64,000 bases of DNA from positions 1-64,000 of the forward strand of contig JBEKKX010000009.1 in NCBI GenBank assembly GCA_050010515.1, given 5' to 3'. Source of the DNA: Candidatus Bathyarchaeia archaeon. Lineage in GTDB: Archaea > Thermoproteota > Bathyarchaeia > Bathyarchaeales > Bathycorpusculaceae. The position numbers and the translations under genes are program-made. The notes beneath the pieces were generated by a model. That model was not told where the DNA came from. It ran no database searches and saw nothing but the letters and a program-made list of their open reading frames with translations. Of the stretch, positions 20,644 through 30,584 are shown piece by piece (within the stretch, counting starts at the first letter, position 1; each line of letters begins with the position of its first letter).

Positions 20644-21426
20644 ATGTCTAGAAAAGCTCAAGAACGCCTTGCGCATACCGAAAGAAGAGTGGAGCGAAGA
20701 GACAAAATGCTAATCCATGACATGACAAAGGAGCGTGCCACAGTGGAGGAGGTTTTTGACCAAACCACGCGCATGGTCGTTTTTGACCTGCTCAACAGCG
20801 GCGTTTTCTATGAGCTCAATGGAGTTGTTAGTTCAGGCAAGGAAGCACGTGTTTACTGGGCTACAAACAAGGAAGGCAAGGATTTAGCAGTGAAAATTTA
20901 CTTAACTTCATCCGCTGAGTTCAAGAAAGGCATGCTAAAATACATCGAAGGCGACCCACGCTTCAAAAACATCAAACGTGACACGCGGTCGCTTATCGCC
21001 ATCTGGGCACAGAAAGAGTTTCGCAATTTAAAAGAAGCTACAGACGCAAAGGTTCCTGTTCCCAAACCCATCGCTGTCAAAAGCAACGTGGTAGTCATGG
21101 AGTTCATCGGGAAGGACGGCGTTAGCGCCCCATCGCTGAAAGAGCAGCCACCAGCCGACCCAGAGCGAACCTACCGCTTACTAGTTACTTACGTGAAGCG
21201 GCTCTACCAAAAAGCCAAACTCGTACACGGTGACTTAAGCGAATACAATATTATGATGTGGAAGGGCAAGATAGTGGTTTTTGACATGTCCCAGTCCGTT
21301 TCCATTGAACATCCAATGGCTGACTTTATGCTAACGCGGGATTTAACGAATTTGAATAGGTTCTTTAGTCGGTTAAATGTTAAGGTTTATCCTGTTGAAG
21401 AATTTCATAAGATGGTTGTTGGTTAA
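20644..21426 (+). CDS. rio1: RIO1 serine kinase
   Basis: SSGKEARVY, AVKIY, VHGDLSEYNI, FDMSQ. Confidence 0.93.
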   Translation: MSRKAQERLAHTERRVERRDKMLIHDMTKERATVEEVFDQTTRMVVFDLLNSGVFYELNGVVSSGKEARVYWATNKEGKDLAVKIYLTSSAEFKKGMLKYIEGDPRFKNIKRDTRSLIAIWAQKEFRNLKEATDAKVPVPKPIAVKSNVVVMEFIGKDGVSAPSLKEQPPADPERTYRLLVTYVKRLYQKAKLVHGDLSEYNIMMWKGKIVVFDMSQSVSIEHPMADFMLTRDLTNLNRFFSRLNVKVYPVEEFHKMVVG

Positions 21427-21428
21427 AA

Positions 21429-22007
21429 ATGGCTGGTTTAGACACATTTGTTAGAATCCCGAAAGAGCGCGTTGGAATACTTATTGGTCCTGAAGGTAAA
21501 GTTAAGCAGCATATTGAAGAGAAGCTTCAGGTTAAGCTTGACGTTGACAGCGAAGGAAGCATCACCCTTACGCTCTCAGAAAAAGCAACTGACCCATCCA
21601 TGCTTTTAAAAGCAAAAGATGTTGTAACAGCCATCGGCAGAGGATTCTCGCCTGAAGTAGTTTTCCGCCTCATTCGGAACGAGGATGAAATCTTTGATTT
21701 GATAGATTTACGCGTGATTTTTGGGCGTTCGGAATCTGACATTAAACGGATAAAAGGCAGAATAATCGGCGCTGACGGCAAAACAAGAAAGCTAATTGAA
21801 GAGTTAACTGAGGCTGACGTGGTTGTTTACGGTCACACGGTTGGGCTTATCGGCAGTTTTGAGCAGGTGGATGCCGCACACAACGCCGTGCAAATGATAA
21901 TTGAAGGTTGCCAACACCACACAGTGTACAATTATTTGCAGAAGAAGAGGACTGAACTTAAGAAACAGAAGCTTGAGCTATGGGAGAAGCCGCCAGAAAA
22001 AAAATAA
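21429..22007 (+). CDS. KH-domain RNA-processing protein (Dim2/Pno1-like)
   Basis: GILIGPEG, AIGRGF, KGRIIGADGK; conserved aIF1A-RIO1-KH cluster. Confidence 0.9.
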   Translation: MAGLDTFVRIPKERVGILIGPEGKVKQHIEEKLQVKLDVDSEGSITLTLSEKATDPSMLLKAKDVVTAIGRGFSPEVVFRLIRNEDEIFDLIDLRVIFGRSESDIKRIKGRIIGADGKTRKLIEELTEADVVVYGHTVGLIGSFEQVDAAHNAVQMIIEGCQHHTVYNYLQKKRTELKKQKLELWEKPPEKK

Positions 22008-22193
22008 TTTTTCTATTAATTATTAGGTGGGCTCTTACGCCATTAGCGCAATAATTTGAAACGCAAACGGCTTTTCGCACTCAAGATCCACATCATCCTT
22101 TAAGTCTTCGGGGCCAGAGTCGTCATTGCCCACCCAAACAAAAAACAACCTGATAGGTTCTTAAGGTTTGCGACCTTTTCGCTGGAACAGGAG

Positions 22194-22382
22194 TTATTTT
22201 CGTTTTGCAGAGTACATAATAAGAAGTGCAATTCCTGCAACAATTAGAATGGCGGGATACGCAACATAAAGGAAAACATGAAAAAATCCAAATGCAACAA
22301 TAAACAACAATATAAGAAGACCCGCGATTAAGAAAACAGTTCCTTCAATTAGCCAATCTATGTGCCTACCAATACGATGCAT
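22194..22382 (-). CDS. Small two-TM membrane protein
   Basis: Two hydrophobic stretches, basic C-terminus. Confidence 0.45.
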   Translation of the reverse strand: MHRIGRHIDWLIEGTVFLIAGLLILLFIVAFGFFHVFLYVAYPAILIVAGIALLIMYSAKRK

Positions 22383-22429
22383 AGCTTCCTTATGTTTTGG
22401 AGCAAATTAAAATTTTATCTTTCTCTCTC

Positions 22430-22600
22430 TGCCTACTGACGACTACAACTAAACTCAAACCCTAACCTAACCACTACCCCCCTCTCACACCTACCCACCC
22501 CTCCGCACAACACACAACACACCACAACACACAACACGCAACACCGCACCCGTGCGTGAATAATTATGTGCGCTGGAAAACACAATAGCTGAACAAATCC
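22430..22600 (+). repeat. Third copy of the CA-rich repeat element
   Basis: CTAACCTAA, CCGCACAACAC, (CACAA)n and AAAACACAATAGC shared with 405-630. Confidence 0.65.
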
Positions 22601-22656
22601 ATCGATAGTCTTCGAGAGCACTCGTGAAGTTTAACTTTCCTTCTTTGCCGCTATTA

Positions 22657-23373
22657 CTATCGTATTTCTCGCATAATCTCCTCGTAGTTTTGATATAGCA
22701 TCCTGTCAAATTCCACCCCTGTTATACCGAGTGGTTTGCAAACTTTTGTCAGAAGGTCTCTTTCTACTTCAGCATATTGGTTAGGATTTTTCTCAAAGCC
22801 TTTAGGTAGGACAAAACCCAATTTTTCCAGTATATTCTTAATTCGAGTATCAAACGCAATCGAATTCTCCAAAATCCCCAGCTCCATTAGCAAGTCTCTT
22901 GCCCCTTTGTTCTTTATGTACATAAACGATTTTGCTAAGAACCGCATTCGTTGTTCATCCCCGTTCAACTCTATCAGTTTTGCCAAAAATCCTTTGGGAC
23001 CACCATCAGTTGAGAGTAAAACTTTGAAGTTATGAAACAAAGCCTTTGTTTTCAGACATTTGCTATATTCAGTCATTGCATATCTTGACCCAACAGCTCG
23101 CAATGTTTGGTTTATTTTCTTTCTCAAATCTTCTTGTTCAACGGTTCTTGAAAGGTTTTCATAGGAAATAGTGTTTTTCAGCGTTGGGTTTTTAGAAAAT
23201 TCTTTAAATGAGTTTGAACTTCCAGCGATCATGACCTGAGTAAAAGTCCGTAACCAAATATCATTATTGGATAAATTTTTCCAGTTGTCTCTCTCAGGGA
23301 ATTTAGTCTTGCCATAATAGGAATTCTTAATTTTTCTGAACTTTTCCAATTGCTGTTGAGTAATTTCAAGCAC
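22657..23373 (-). CDS. HhH DNA glycosylase-like protein (Ogg2-like)
   Basis: YIKNKGARDLLMELG...AFDTRIKNIL and YAEVE...FDRMLY resemble the HhH Lys/Asp pattern of Ogg-type glycosylases; AT-rich. Confidence 0.6.
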   Translation of the reverse strand: MLEITQQQLEKFRKIKNSYYGKTKFPERDNWKNLSNNDIWLRTFTQVMIAGSSNSFKEFSKNPTLKNTISYENLSRTVEQEDLRKKINQTLRAVGSRYAMTEYSKCLKTKALFHNFKVLLSTDGGPKGFLAKLIELNGDEQRMRFLAKSFMYIKNKGARDLLMELGILENSIAFDTRIKNILEKLGFVLPKGFEKNPNQYAEVERDLLTKVCKPLGITGVEFDRMLYQNYEEIMREIR

Positions 23374-23542
23374 GAAAATACTCTTTGTTTAATTTGTTTT
23401 TTAAGCTATCGCAATGTTGTGTGAATAATTGTTTGTGGCTGTCATGACGCAACAACTAATCTGCGGGGTAAAACAGCGTAATCCATTTTACTTCCCAAAA
23501 CGTTAGCCAACTAGCAAGGATTTCTCAGTGTGACTGCTAAAC

Positions 23543-24547
23543 ATGGAAAAAGAAAAAGCGAATAACCTGCTAAGCAAGATTAAGGTTACTCCGTTGGCAG
23601 CAGAAAGCTTCGGCGTCCGCTCCATGTGCACATTAGTCGAAACACCCGATGTGACTGTGCTTTTGGATGCTGGAATATCACTTTGTCCATACCGTTTCAG
23701 TTTGCCGCCGCACCCCATTGAGTTTCAAACAATCGCTAGGCTGCGCAAGCGCATTGCGGAAGCCGCAGACAAGGCTGAGGTGGTAACGATTAGCCACTAC
23801 CACTTTGACCATCACACACCCTCATATGAGGACTGGGTTGTGAACTGGACAGAAGCAAACGAAACCGCACGGCAAATCTACCAAGATAAAATCGTGTTAA
23901 TGAAGAATCCAAGAGAAAAAATTAATGCAAGCCAAAGACAGCGCGCTTGGCTTTTCCAAAAAACAGGCGGAAAATACGCCAGAAAACTGGAAGCAGCCGA
24001 CGGAAAAACATTCATTTATGGGCAGACGGTGCTGCGTTTTTCTGAACCTGTTGCGCATGGCTCTGAAGATTCAATGCTGGGCTGGGTTGTAATGGCGGTT
24101 GTGGAGTATGAGGGTGAGCGGTTCATGTTTGCGCCTGACGTTCAAGGACCAATGTCCTCCCATACGCTTGAGCTAATTAAGAAGGCGGAGCCAACTGTTA
24201 TTATGTTGGGTGGACCGCCGTTTTATCTTGGAGGCTTCCGAGTTGAGGTGGCTCAGCTGGAGCAGGGGTTGAGAAATCTGGAAAGCGTTGTCCAGACGGT
24301 GCCTTTGGTTATTCTTGAGCATCACGCGTTAAGGGATGAATCATGGAAGCAAAAAATAAGGGAAGTTTACCAGCAAGCATCCAAGGCTGGGCACAGCGTT
24401 ATGACGGCTGCAGAGTACTTGGGCAACGCGGACGTGTTCTTAGAATCCAAGCGTAAGCAGCTTTATCGTGACTTTCCGCCTTCTGCAGAGTTTAAGCAGT
24501 GGATGAAGACGTTAAGCAACAAAAAAATCGCTAAGCCACCATTATAA
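23543..24547 (+). CDS. MBL-fold metallo-hydrolase (UPF0282-like)
   Basis: AAESFGVRSM, ISHYHFDHH, DVQGP, EHHALRD. Confidence 0.85.
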   Translation: MEKEKANNLLSKIKVTPLAAESFGVRSMCTLVETPDVTVLLDAGISLCPYRFSLPPHPIEFQTIARLRKRIAEAADKAEVVTISHYHFDHHTPSYEDWVVNWTEANETARQIYQDKIVLMKNPREKINASQRQRAWLFQKTGGKYARKLEAADGKTFIYGQTVLRFSEPVAHGSEDSMLGWVVMAVVEYEGERFMFAPDVQGPMSSHTLELIKKAEPTVIMLGGPPFYLGGFRVEVAQLEQGLRNLESVVQTVPLVILEHHALRDESWKQKIREVYQQASKAGHSVMTAAEYLGNADVFLESKRKQLYRDFPPSAEFKQWMKTLSNKKIAKPPL

Positions 24548-24626
24548 AATAGTGCGAAAGTGGAAAGTAACATAAGCAAGCAAACAAAATTATCACTGAG
24601 TAAAATTCAGGTAACGATGAAGAGCT

Positions 24627-25352
24627 TTGTTGGACTTCAGCTTAGCCGCCTTTGCTGCTTCCTTTGTGCTTATTGTTTTGGCGGAAATGGGCGATAAAAC
24701 TCAGTTTTTAGCCATGTCTTTTGCCACGCGGTACAACGCATACAAGGTACTTTTTGCAGTTTTCTTAGCAACAATGGCTAATTTTGCAATCACAGTAACT
24801 ATAGGCCAACTTCTAACTACAATCATACCTTTAGATGTGATTTCGCTGGCTGCTTCCCTTTCTTTCATCGGCTTTGGACTGTGGACTCTGAGAGTCGAAA
24901 AACCGAAAAGTGAAGATAAAAAAGTTTCACGGTTTGGAGTGGTTGGAACTGTATTCATAGCGTTTTTTATTGCAGAGTTTGGAGATAAAACTCAGCTTAC
25001 AACAATCAGTTTAGCAGCCCAATACCAAAATGCAGTAAGCGTTTTGATAGGAGCAACCTTGGGCATGCTGGTGGCAGATGGGATTGGAATTGTTGCTGGC
25101 GTTGTTTTAGGTAAACATATTCCGCAGAGAACGATTAAGTGGGTTTCAGCAACAATATTTCTAATATTTGGGTTAGTAGGAGTCTATGAGGTTCTTCCGT
25201 CCAAGATAGGTTTAGCTTACACAGCATTAACTTTAATCTTGCTAATTATTTTCTCCATTTTAGCAATTACATTTATAACTCGAAAACAGAGACCAACCGA
25301 AAAATTTAATGAAGATGAAACAGCAAGCGCAAACACGCCTAATCATGGTTAA
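24627..25352 (+). CDS. TMEM165/GDT1 family Mn/Ca transporter
   Basis: Two ExGDKTQ motifs. Confidence 0.92.
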   Translation: MLDFSLAAFAASFVLIVLAEMGDKTQFLAMSFATRYNAYKVLFAVFLATMANFAITVTIGQLLTTIIPLDVISLAASLSFIGFGLWTLRVEKPKSEDKKVSRFGVVGTVFIAFFIAEFGDKTQLTTISLAAQYQNAVSVLIGATLGMLVADGIGIVAGVVLGKHIPQRTIKWVSATIFLIFGLVGVYEVLPSKIGLAYTALTLILLIIFSILAITFITRKQRPTEKFNEDETASANTPNHG

Positions 25353-25399
25353 GAAACTTTAAATGCTTAATTCAAATACTTCAATCTGAGGTTTTTCTG

Positions 25400-25726
25400 T
25401 TGGATAAAAATCATGCAGTTATAGCCGAATTTAGCATAATACCCGTTGGTCAAGCAGGAAGCAGTGTAGGTCGTTATGTGGCAGCTGCGGTTAATGCTTT
25501 AAAGAATGTGAAAGGCTTAGATTTTGAAGTAACACCCATGGGAACCATCCTCGCAGCGAAAGATCTCGACACAATATTTGAAGCTGTCCGCCAAGCCCAT
25601 GAAGCCATCATCGCTAAGGGAGTCAAAAGAGTATCATCCACGCTAAGGATAGATGAGCGAAGAGATAAGCAGCGGACAATGGATGATAAGGTAAAAGCAG
25701 TCAAAGAATACATGAAACAGACTTAG
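25400..25726 (+). CDS. MTH1187 family thiamine-binding protein
   Basis: FSIIPVG...VTPMGT...RIDERRDK. Confidence 0.88.
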   Translation: MDKNHAVIAEFSIIPVGQAGSSVGRYVAAAVNALKNVKGLDFEVTPMGTILAAKDLDTIFEAVRQAHEAIIAKGVKRVSSTLRIDERRDKQRTMDDKVKAVKEYMKQT

Positions 25727-25797
25727 AAGCTAAGCCGAACACATGGACAATGCAGAATCTGGGAAAAATCAGAGAAGAAAGAAGGTTTCTTTTCCAT

Positions 25798-25983
25798 TTA
25801 AGCAATTGTTAGCTTCTTAGTTTCCTTAGGTTCTTTCTTAGGTAACATAATCTCAAGTATGCCGTTGTTTAAACTTGCTTTCGCATCGTCAGACTTGACC
25901 TTTTCAGGCAACTGAATTCTTCTGTAGAAAGTTTGGGCTGCTCCCGCGGTATTCTTTGCGCTGCCATAAACATGCATTTTCAA
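25798..25983 (-). pseudogene. Hsp20 C-terminal fragment
   Basis: FYRRIQLPEKV...ASLNNGILEIMLPK; N-terminal part missing. Confidence 0.65.
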
Positions 25984-26052
25984 GTGTCCACGCGTGGTTA
26001 AGCAGCTTAAATAAGGAGGCTACGGTTCACGCAGGACCAGAATTAAAAATTT

Positions 26053-26676
26053 CTAGTGAATTCTAGATTTTTTCATTGCAAGGGCTTTCTTTAGATCTAA
26101 TGGTGTATTAATTTTGAAGAAAGTTCGAAAATCCGGGTCTAACTGTTCAATAACTAAAGTCGAAACGTACCGTACCCCCCGCATCTTACTTACCATTGCC
26201 TCCACTTCAAGCTCCCCGCTTACTAACGCTTCTTCAGCTGCCTCCAACGCCTGCTCTGTACGGTAAACTGCATGCAAGGGCTCAATTTGGCGGCTTGGCC
26301 ATCTTGGAATAACCGCTGACTTACCAATGCATAACTCAAAAAGCAAAGACACAACCTCTTTGGAAACAAACGGTGCATCAAACGGCAGAAGCAGCGAATA
26401 TTTTCCTTGAGCAGCCTTAAAACCAGTTAAAGCGCCAGATAAAGGATCTTTCGACTCGTCAATATCGAGGGCAAATTGAACATTAGGCGAAACCATTTTA
26501 GCGTACAGGTCTGATTGTTCCTTTGAACTGGTAACCACTAATACTTCGCCGACCATGCCCTTTACAGCGTCAACCACATGGTTTAACAAGGGTTTATTGG
26601 CCAGTTTCAAAAGACCTCTGTCTTCACTGAATTTGCTTTGGGAACCCTCAGCCAGAATAATTGCAGATCTATCCAA
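26053..26676 (-). CDS. mobA: Molybdenum cofactor guanylyltransferase-like (MobA family)
   Basis: AIILA..S.KF..D.GL, DAPFV, IEPLHAVY, INTPLDL; Gly-rich motif is divergent. Confidence 0.75.
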   Translation of the reverse strand: MDRSAIILAEGSQSKFSEDRGLLKLANKPLLNHVVDAVKGMVGEVLVVTSSKEQSDLYAKMVSPNVQFALDIDESKDPLSGALTGFKAAQGKYSLLLPFDAPFVSKEVVSLLFELCIGKSAVIPRWPSRQIEPLHAVYRTEQALEAAEEALVSGELEVEAMVSKMRGVRYVSTLVIEQLDPDFRTFFKINTPLDLKKALAMKKSRIH

Positions 26677-26739
26677 ACAAGTAACCTCTTCACCCTTAAA
26701 TTACAAAACAAGTTAAAAAAACATACGGACCAACCGAAA

Positions 26740-26910
26740 CTAAAATTTCTGGGCTTCCTTCTGCTTTTCGCAGCGCAGTTTCTTGGGTTTAGAAATGAGG
26801 GTGTCTTTCCAAGATTCTTCAACAAGCTTGACGGCATCTATGTCGAGAGGCTTGCCGAAAAGGTTCCAGAGCACATCGGAAGGATTGGAAAAGCGCTTAG
26901 GGGATTCCAT
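26740..26910 (-). CDS. Small hypothetical protein (56 aa)
   Basis: ATG-started ORF MESPKRFSNPSDVLWNLFGKP... filling the gap between the cyt b5 gene and mobA. Confidence 0.35.
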   Translation of the reverse strand: MESPKRFSNPSDVLWNLFGKPLDIDAVKLVEESWKDTLISKPKKLRCEKQKEAQKF

Positions 26911-26914
26911 TACG

Positions 26915-27154
26915 TCACGACCCAGTTAAAACGCCGACTATCTTCATCATGTTCATGACGTCGTCAACATGCGGCGCAATGTCCATGTCCTCGGTCAAAT
27001 CCCGACCCGCTTCATGCCCCATGTGGTCGCCATCACCCCACTGATCTGAACCAGAAACATCATAAACCTTACCCTTATACCCAACATACGCAGGCCTACC
27101 ACCTTTCCCATCAAAACTTCTAAGCTCATTTATGCTGAATTTTTTGTTCTCCAA
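26915..27154 (-). CDS. Cytochrome b5-like heme/steroid-binding protein
   Basis: FDGKGGRPAYVGYKGKVYDVS, HEAGRDLT, APH. Confidence 0.88.
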   Translation of the reverse strand: MENKKFSINELRSFDGKGGRPAYVGYKGKVYDVSGSDQWGDGDHMGHEAGRDLTEDMDIAPHVDDVMNMMKIVGVLTGS

Positions 27155-27813
27155 GTTTCTTTGCCCTCAGTAATAATCATATTTTTCGATTAAAAGATAA
27201 TTTAAAGTTTTCTTTGGAAGCTATAACTCTTTGTGACTGTAAATTAACAGCCTCAAACTCAGCATCACGGGTCACCATAAATTCTATATGTTCTCACATC
27301 TAATCTTCTTTCAGGAGATAAAAGTGGTTAAAGAAGACTTAATCAAGATCAGACCGTTTACAAAACCTGACTTGACAGAATATTTTGACAAAATAGATGT
27401 TGATTTGAAAGTGGATCTCTCCGACTGGCATAAAGTTCGCAAGGAACTACGGAGGACTTAGCCATGTCTGTTGCATATGTGGATGCGGAGCACTCATAAC
27501 TAATACTTAATAACCTTCTTGCCTTTCCCGAGCGCAAGCGCAAATAAAAAATTATAATTATTCAGCTTTCACAGCACTATTATTAAGTTCCCTAAGAATC
27601 AATGTTTAAAAAGTTGTTGGAAATTTTCTACGTTTAAGGTTCAGATAAAATGAAGTACCTTGACTATTAAGTTAAGGTATTTCACACCTAAAACCCGTCT
27701 ATAAAGTTGGGGTATTACCCTATACTTTTCTTTTTTCATTTTAGTTCACCGAAAGTAAAGTAACTTATGCGACCATTTATGCGCTTTGTCGTTTCGTGCC
27801 TTGCAATGCTTTC

Positions 27814-28668
27814 TTAAATAACTTTTAACTGTTTCAAAGCTTCAAAAGCCATGTCTATCGCTCTTAATGCTGTATCCTCTGGAAAACGATATCTATTCAT
27901 GACAAACTCAGCAGCAGTCGAGGGATTTTGAATTAATCCAATAATCTTTTTGTCATTAAGCAATTCATCAACCATTGGTTGCAAGTATCTTCTGACATAG
28001 TCCCTTTGGAATGCTAAAGTGTCTTTTTTGGTTGCCCACTCCAAGTCTGGAAGATTAGCCCATCGAGCATCGGCATATGAAGACATTGCCGCATGAGTCT
28101 GTTTGGCTTTTTCTACATCAAATCCATCCTTCAATGATTCAGCAATTTGGACTGGCGACTTGTTAGCAGCTTTGGAAACCCATTTCTTAGCTGTCTCTTC
28201 ATCCGCAAACTGCTTACCTAATAATTTATACAAAGTAATCCAATTGCTAGGGTGAGCCGACATGTCTCTTAGATTGTTTAGCAGTTGCAACTCATTGTAA
28301 AGCGGTTCGTCTATCCATTTGCCCCTCGCCAAATTCAAGGCATACCTTAAGTCGAAACCACCTTTGTATTTTTCAGCAATAGCCATTTTGTCAGTGTCGT
28401 TAAGTTCTGAGTTTATTTTGAAAAGCAGTGAATATTCAACGGCGAAAGCAGAGTTCAAAATACTGTTTTCATAATAGCCCATCATGAATTGACGACATGC
28501 ACTAATTAACTGCCCAATTGGTAACTTGTTAGGGTTTGGTGAGGTTTCCAAAGTTTCAATCTGTGGACAAGCATCAAAAACATATTGTACTTTCCGTTGC
28601 CGTTGCAACATCTTCTTTTCTATTTCCTTGGCTTTCTTTCTATCGATGATGCGCTTACTTTTCACCAA
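27814..28668 (-). CDS. HEPN-domain protein (putative RNase)
   Basis: ACRQFMMGYYENSILNSAFAVEYSL helix and LNNLRDMSAH (R-x4-H). Confidence 0.65.
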   Translation of the reverse strand: MVKSKRIIDRKKAKEIEKKMLQRQRKVQYVFDACPQIETLETSPNPNKLPIGQLISACRQFMMGYYENSILNSAFAVEYSLLFKINSELNDTDKMAIAEKYKGGFDLRYALNLARGKWIDEPLYNELQLLNNLRDMSAHPSNWITLYKLLGKQFADEETAKKWVSKAANKSPVQIAESLKDGFDVEKAKQTHAAMSSYADARWANLPDLEWATKKDTLAFQRDYVRRYLQPMVDELLNDKKIIGLIQNPSTAAEFVMNRYRFPEDTALRAIDMAFEALKQLKVI

Positions 28669-29057
28669 AGTTTGTCGCCTTCAGTTTCTTGACTAAGTTC
28701 GTGAGCTTTCTTGTATCCAAAAAGGAAAAATTGTGCACAATCCAAATGAGTTTTAACTCTTATATTTTCTATTTCTTGCATAATTAATGCTTTTACCACA
28801 AGCTCTGTAAATTCATGAACGTAAAACTCAATGGCTTCCACTCTTTTCTCAATAGCAAATAAGTAATGTCCGCCATCTGGAGGAGAACAAATGCCATCCT
28901 GCCCATTATCCTCAAGAGTCAAGCCTTTTTCTTTAATCAGTCTTCTAAATGCTTCGCTGTCACGCATATAAAATTGAATTTCGGCTGTATCCATTGGCAT
29001 CATATTACCTGTCTTCTGAGGTTCTGTTATTGTGAGTTTGTGTTGAAAGGATAGCAA
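28662..29057 (-). CDS. Hypothetical protein in the pAgo locus
   Basis: Open frame between pAgo and HEPN genes, overlapping the HEPN start by 7 nt; start may instead be ATG near 29003. Confidence 0.55.
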   Translation of the reverse strand: MLSFQHKLTITEPQKTGNMMPMDTAEIQFYMRDSEAFRRLIKEKGLTLEDNGQDGICSPPDGGHYLFAIEKRVEAIEFYVHEFTELVVKALIMQEIENIRVKTHLDCAQFFLFGYKKAHELSQETEGDKLW

Positions 29058-29061
29058 AGTT

Positions 29062-30582
29062 TTACATGTAGAATCGATATTCTGGTCGTGGAATTACTTC
29101 TTCAGGCACGTAAGCAAGAATTCTGCCGACCTCGCTAGCATACTCAAGAGTAATTGGGCTTCGAATGCAAAAGTCAGCACTATTCCAATTCATCTTTGTT
29201 AAAGAGAAAACTTCTTCACAAATGGTTTCTAACGATGCATCTCCATGATGCTCAACTATTTCTATAGGTGTTGGAACCCTTAGTCCTGGATATGTTTCGA
29301 GATAACGTGAATAGCCCTTAGTGTAAAGAAGATAGTTAGAAGTTCCCAACTGAACAACTGTTCCTCTTAAAGGTGGATAAATGCCTTTTCTCCGCATGAA
29401 TCTAATCCCCCGAGTTTCAATTGTAATAAAATCTTTAAGTTGGACACTTTGTGCCCCTGACTGGAAACCTTGCAGTTCATCTGGTTTATACCTAGAAGTT
29501 TTGTGCACAACAATTCTTCGGGGAAGTTGATGCATTTGATTATCGTATTCTTTTAGAACATCGACTATTAACTGACGTGCGCCCTCTTCCGTTAAATGAG
29601 GCGAGCCTGTTGTATAATCAAGAACTGCACGACTACCTTTGAGAACCAAACCTTCTCCTGTATAAGTAAAAACCTGAGCTACGCTTGACCTCATATCACC
29701 TTTGGAATTTGGCGGGTCTTTGTAGAAAGATACTCCGACGTAGCAAGTTCCGTTCTCCATACTAGCTAATTTCCAAGGATATCCTTCAGCTTTGTAATAT
29801 GTAGCTACCGCAAAATTCCACGCACGTGTGGCTGCATCTTGGAGACTTGGGTCAGAATTATCTGTCTTAAAAGTCCTAGGTCTAGCAAGCTGCGTAGGGA
29901 TATTAAGCATCATTGCTCCAGCCTTTATCAAACGACGAAGATTGCTGGCTTCATAAGTTCCTTCGATATCTTCTTCCTGAAACGGAACTAAGGTTTGCTG
30001 ACCAGTCTTACGGTGATTCCGAATCATGTCAATAATGTCTTTCTCTTTCTTCGTAAGTTTAACCCTTGCAGAAGAATCTCCTTGCTGTTCGGTGGAGCAG
30101 CAGTCCAATATTTCCTTAGGCAATGCACAGACAACAACTTGGGGATGTGGCTCTCTTCCCAAGTAATTTGAGAGTTTTCTAATAAACAAGTTTGCTGCTT
30201 CTTTCACTCTCTGTTGATAGTCTGCAACATTTAATATTGCCTTGATTTCATCGCTAACAATTAGCTCTATGCATTCTTCCTTTACCCGCAACTCGCAACC
30301 AAATACTTTTGTAAATCCTGGGAATTTTTGGAAGAGTGAAGAATTCTCTTTCTTAGCTGGAATTTCTCCTTGGCATTTTTGAACCCATTCTTTACATTGG
30401 TCGATTGTTTCTTTTGTCCCAACAATGCCCAATCTTATTGAAGAGGCAATAGCTCTTCTATTTTCATATAAACAAGGACCATAAGCAACCAACCCTTTTT
30501 TTGGGTCTATGTATCGTTTTCCATCTCCAAAAGTTAACGAAGGTTCATTTATGAAAATTGACCTGAAACATTTTGTTGGCAC
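29062..30582 (-). CDS. Short prokaryotic Argonaute (MID-PIWI, catalytically inactive)
   Basis: EPSLTFG, DPKKGLVAYGP, IPTQL, WNFAVATYYKA.GYPW, CYVGVSFY, VVHKTS, RGT, LTKMNWN, PITLEYA; no DEDX tetrad. Confidence 0.93.
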   Translation of the reverse strand: MPTKCFRSIFINEPSLTFGDGKRYIDPKKGLVAYGPCLYENRRAIASSIRLGIVGTKETIDQCKEWVQKCQGEIPAKKENSSLFQKFPGFTKVFGCELRVKEECIELIVSDEIKAILNVADYQQRVKEAANLFIRKLSNYLGREPHPQVVVCALPKEILDCCSTEQQGDSSARVKLTKKEKDIIDMIRNHRKTGQQTLVPFQEEDIEGTYEASNLRRLIKAGAMMLNIPTQLARPRTFKTDNSDPSLQDAATRAWNFAVATYYKAEGYPWKLASMENGTCYVGVSFYKDPPNSKGDMRSSVAQVFTYTGEGLVLKGSRAVLDYTTGSPHLTEEGARQLIVDVLKEYDNQMHQLPRRIVVHKTSRYKPDELQGFQSGAQSVQLKDFITIETRGIRFMRRKGIYPPLRGTVVQLGTSNYLLYTKGYSRYLETYPGLRVPTPIEIVEHHGDASLETICEEVFSLTKMNWNSADFCIRSPITLEYASEVGRILAYVPEEVIPRPEYRFYM

Positions 30583-30584
30583 TA

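Noticed and set aside
26915-27154. Recent duplication with the cyt b5 gene at 59721-59969
   Set aside because: Protein-level paralogy only; the family is commonly multicopy
27200-27290. PIN toxin remnant (IEFMVTRDAEF on minus strand)
   Set aside because: Too short to call with confidence
29062-30582. Active long pAgo slicer
   Set aside because: No N/PAZ domains, and the first catalytic Asp position reads GVS
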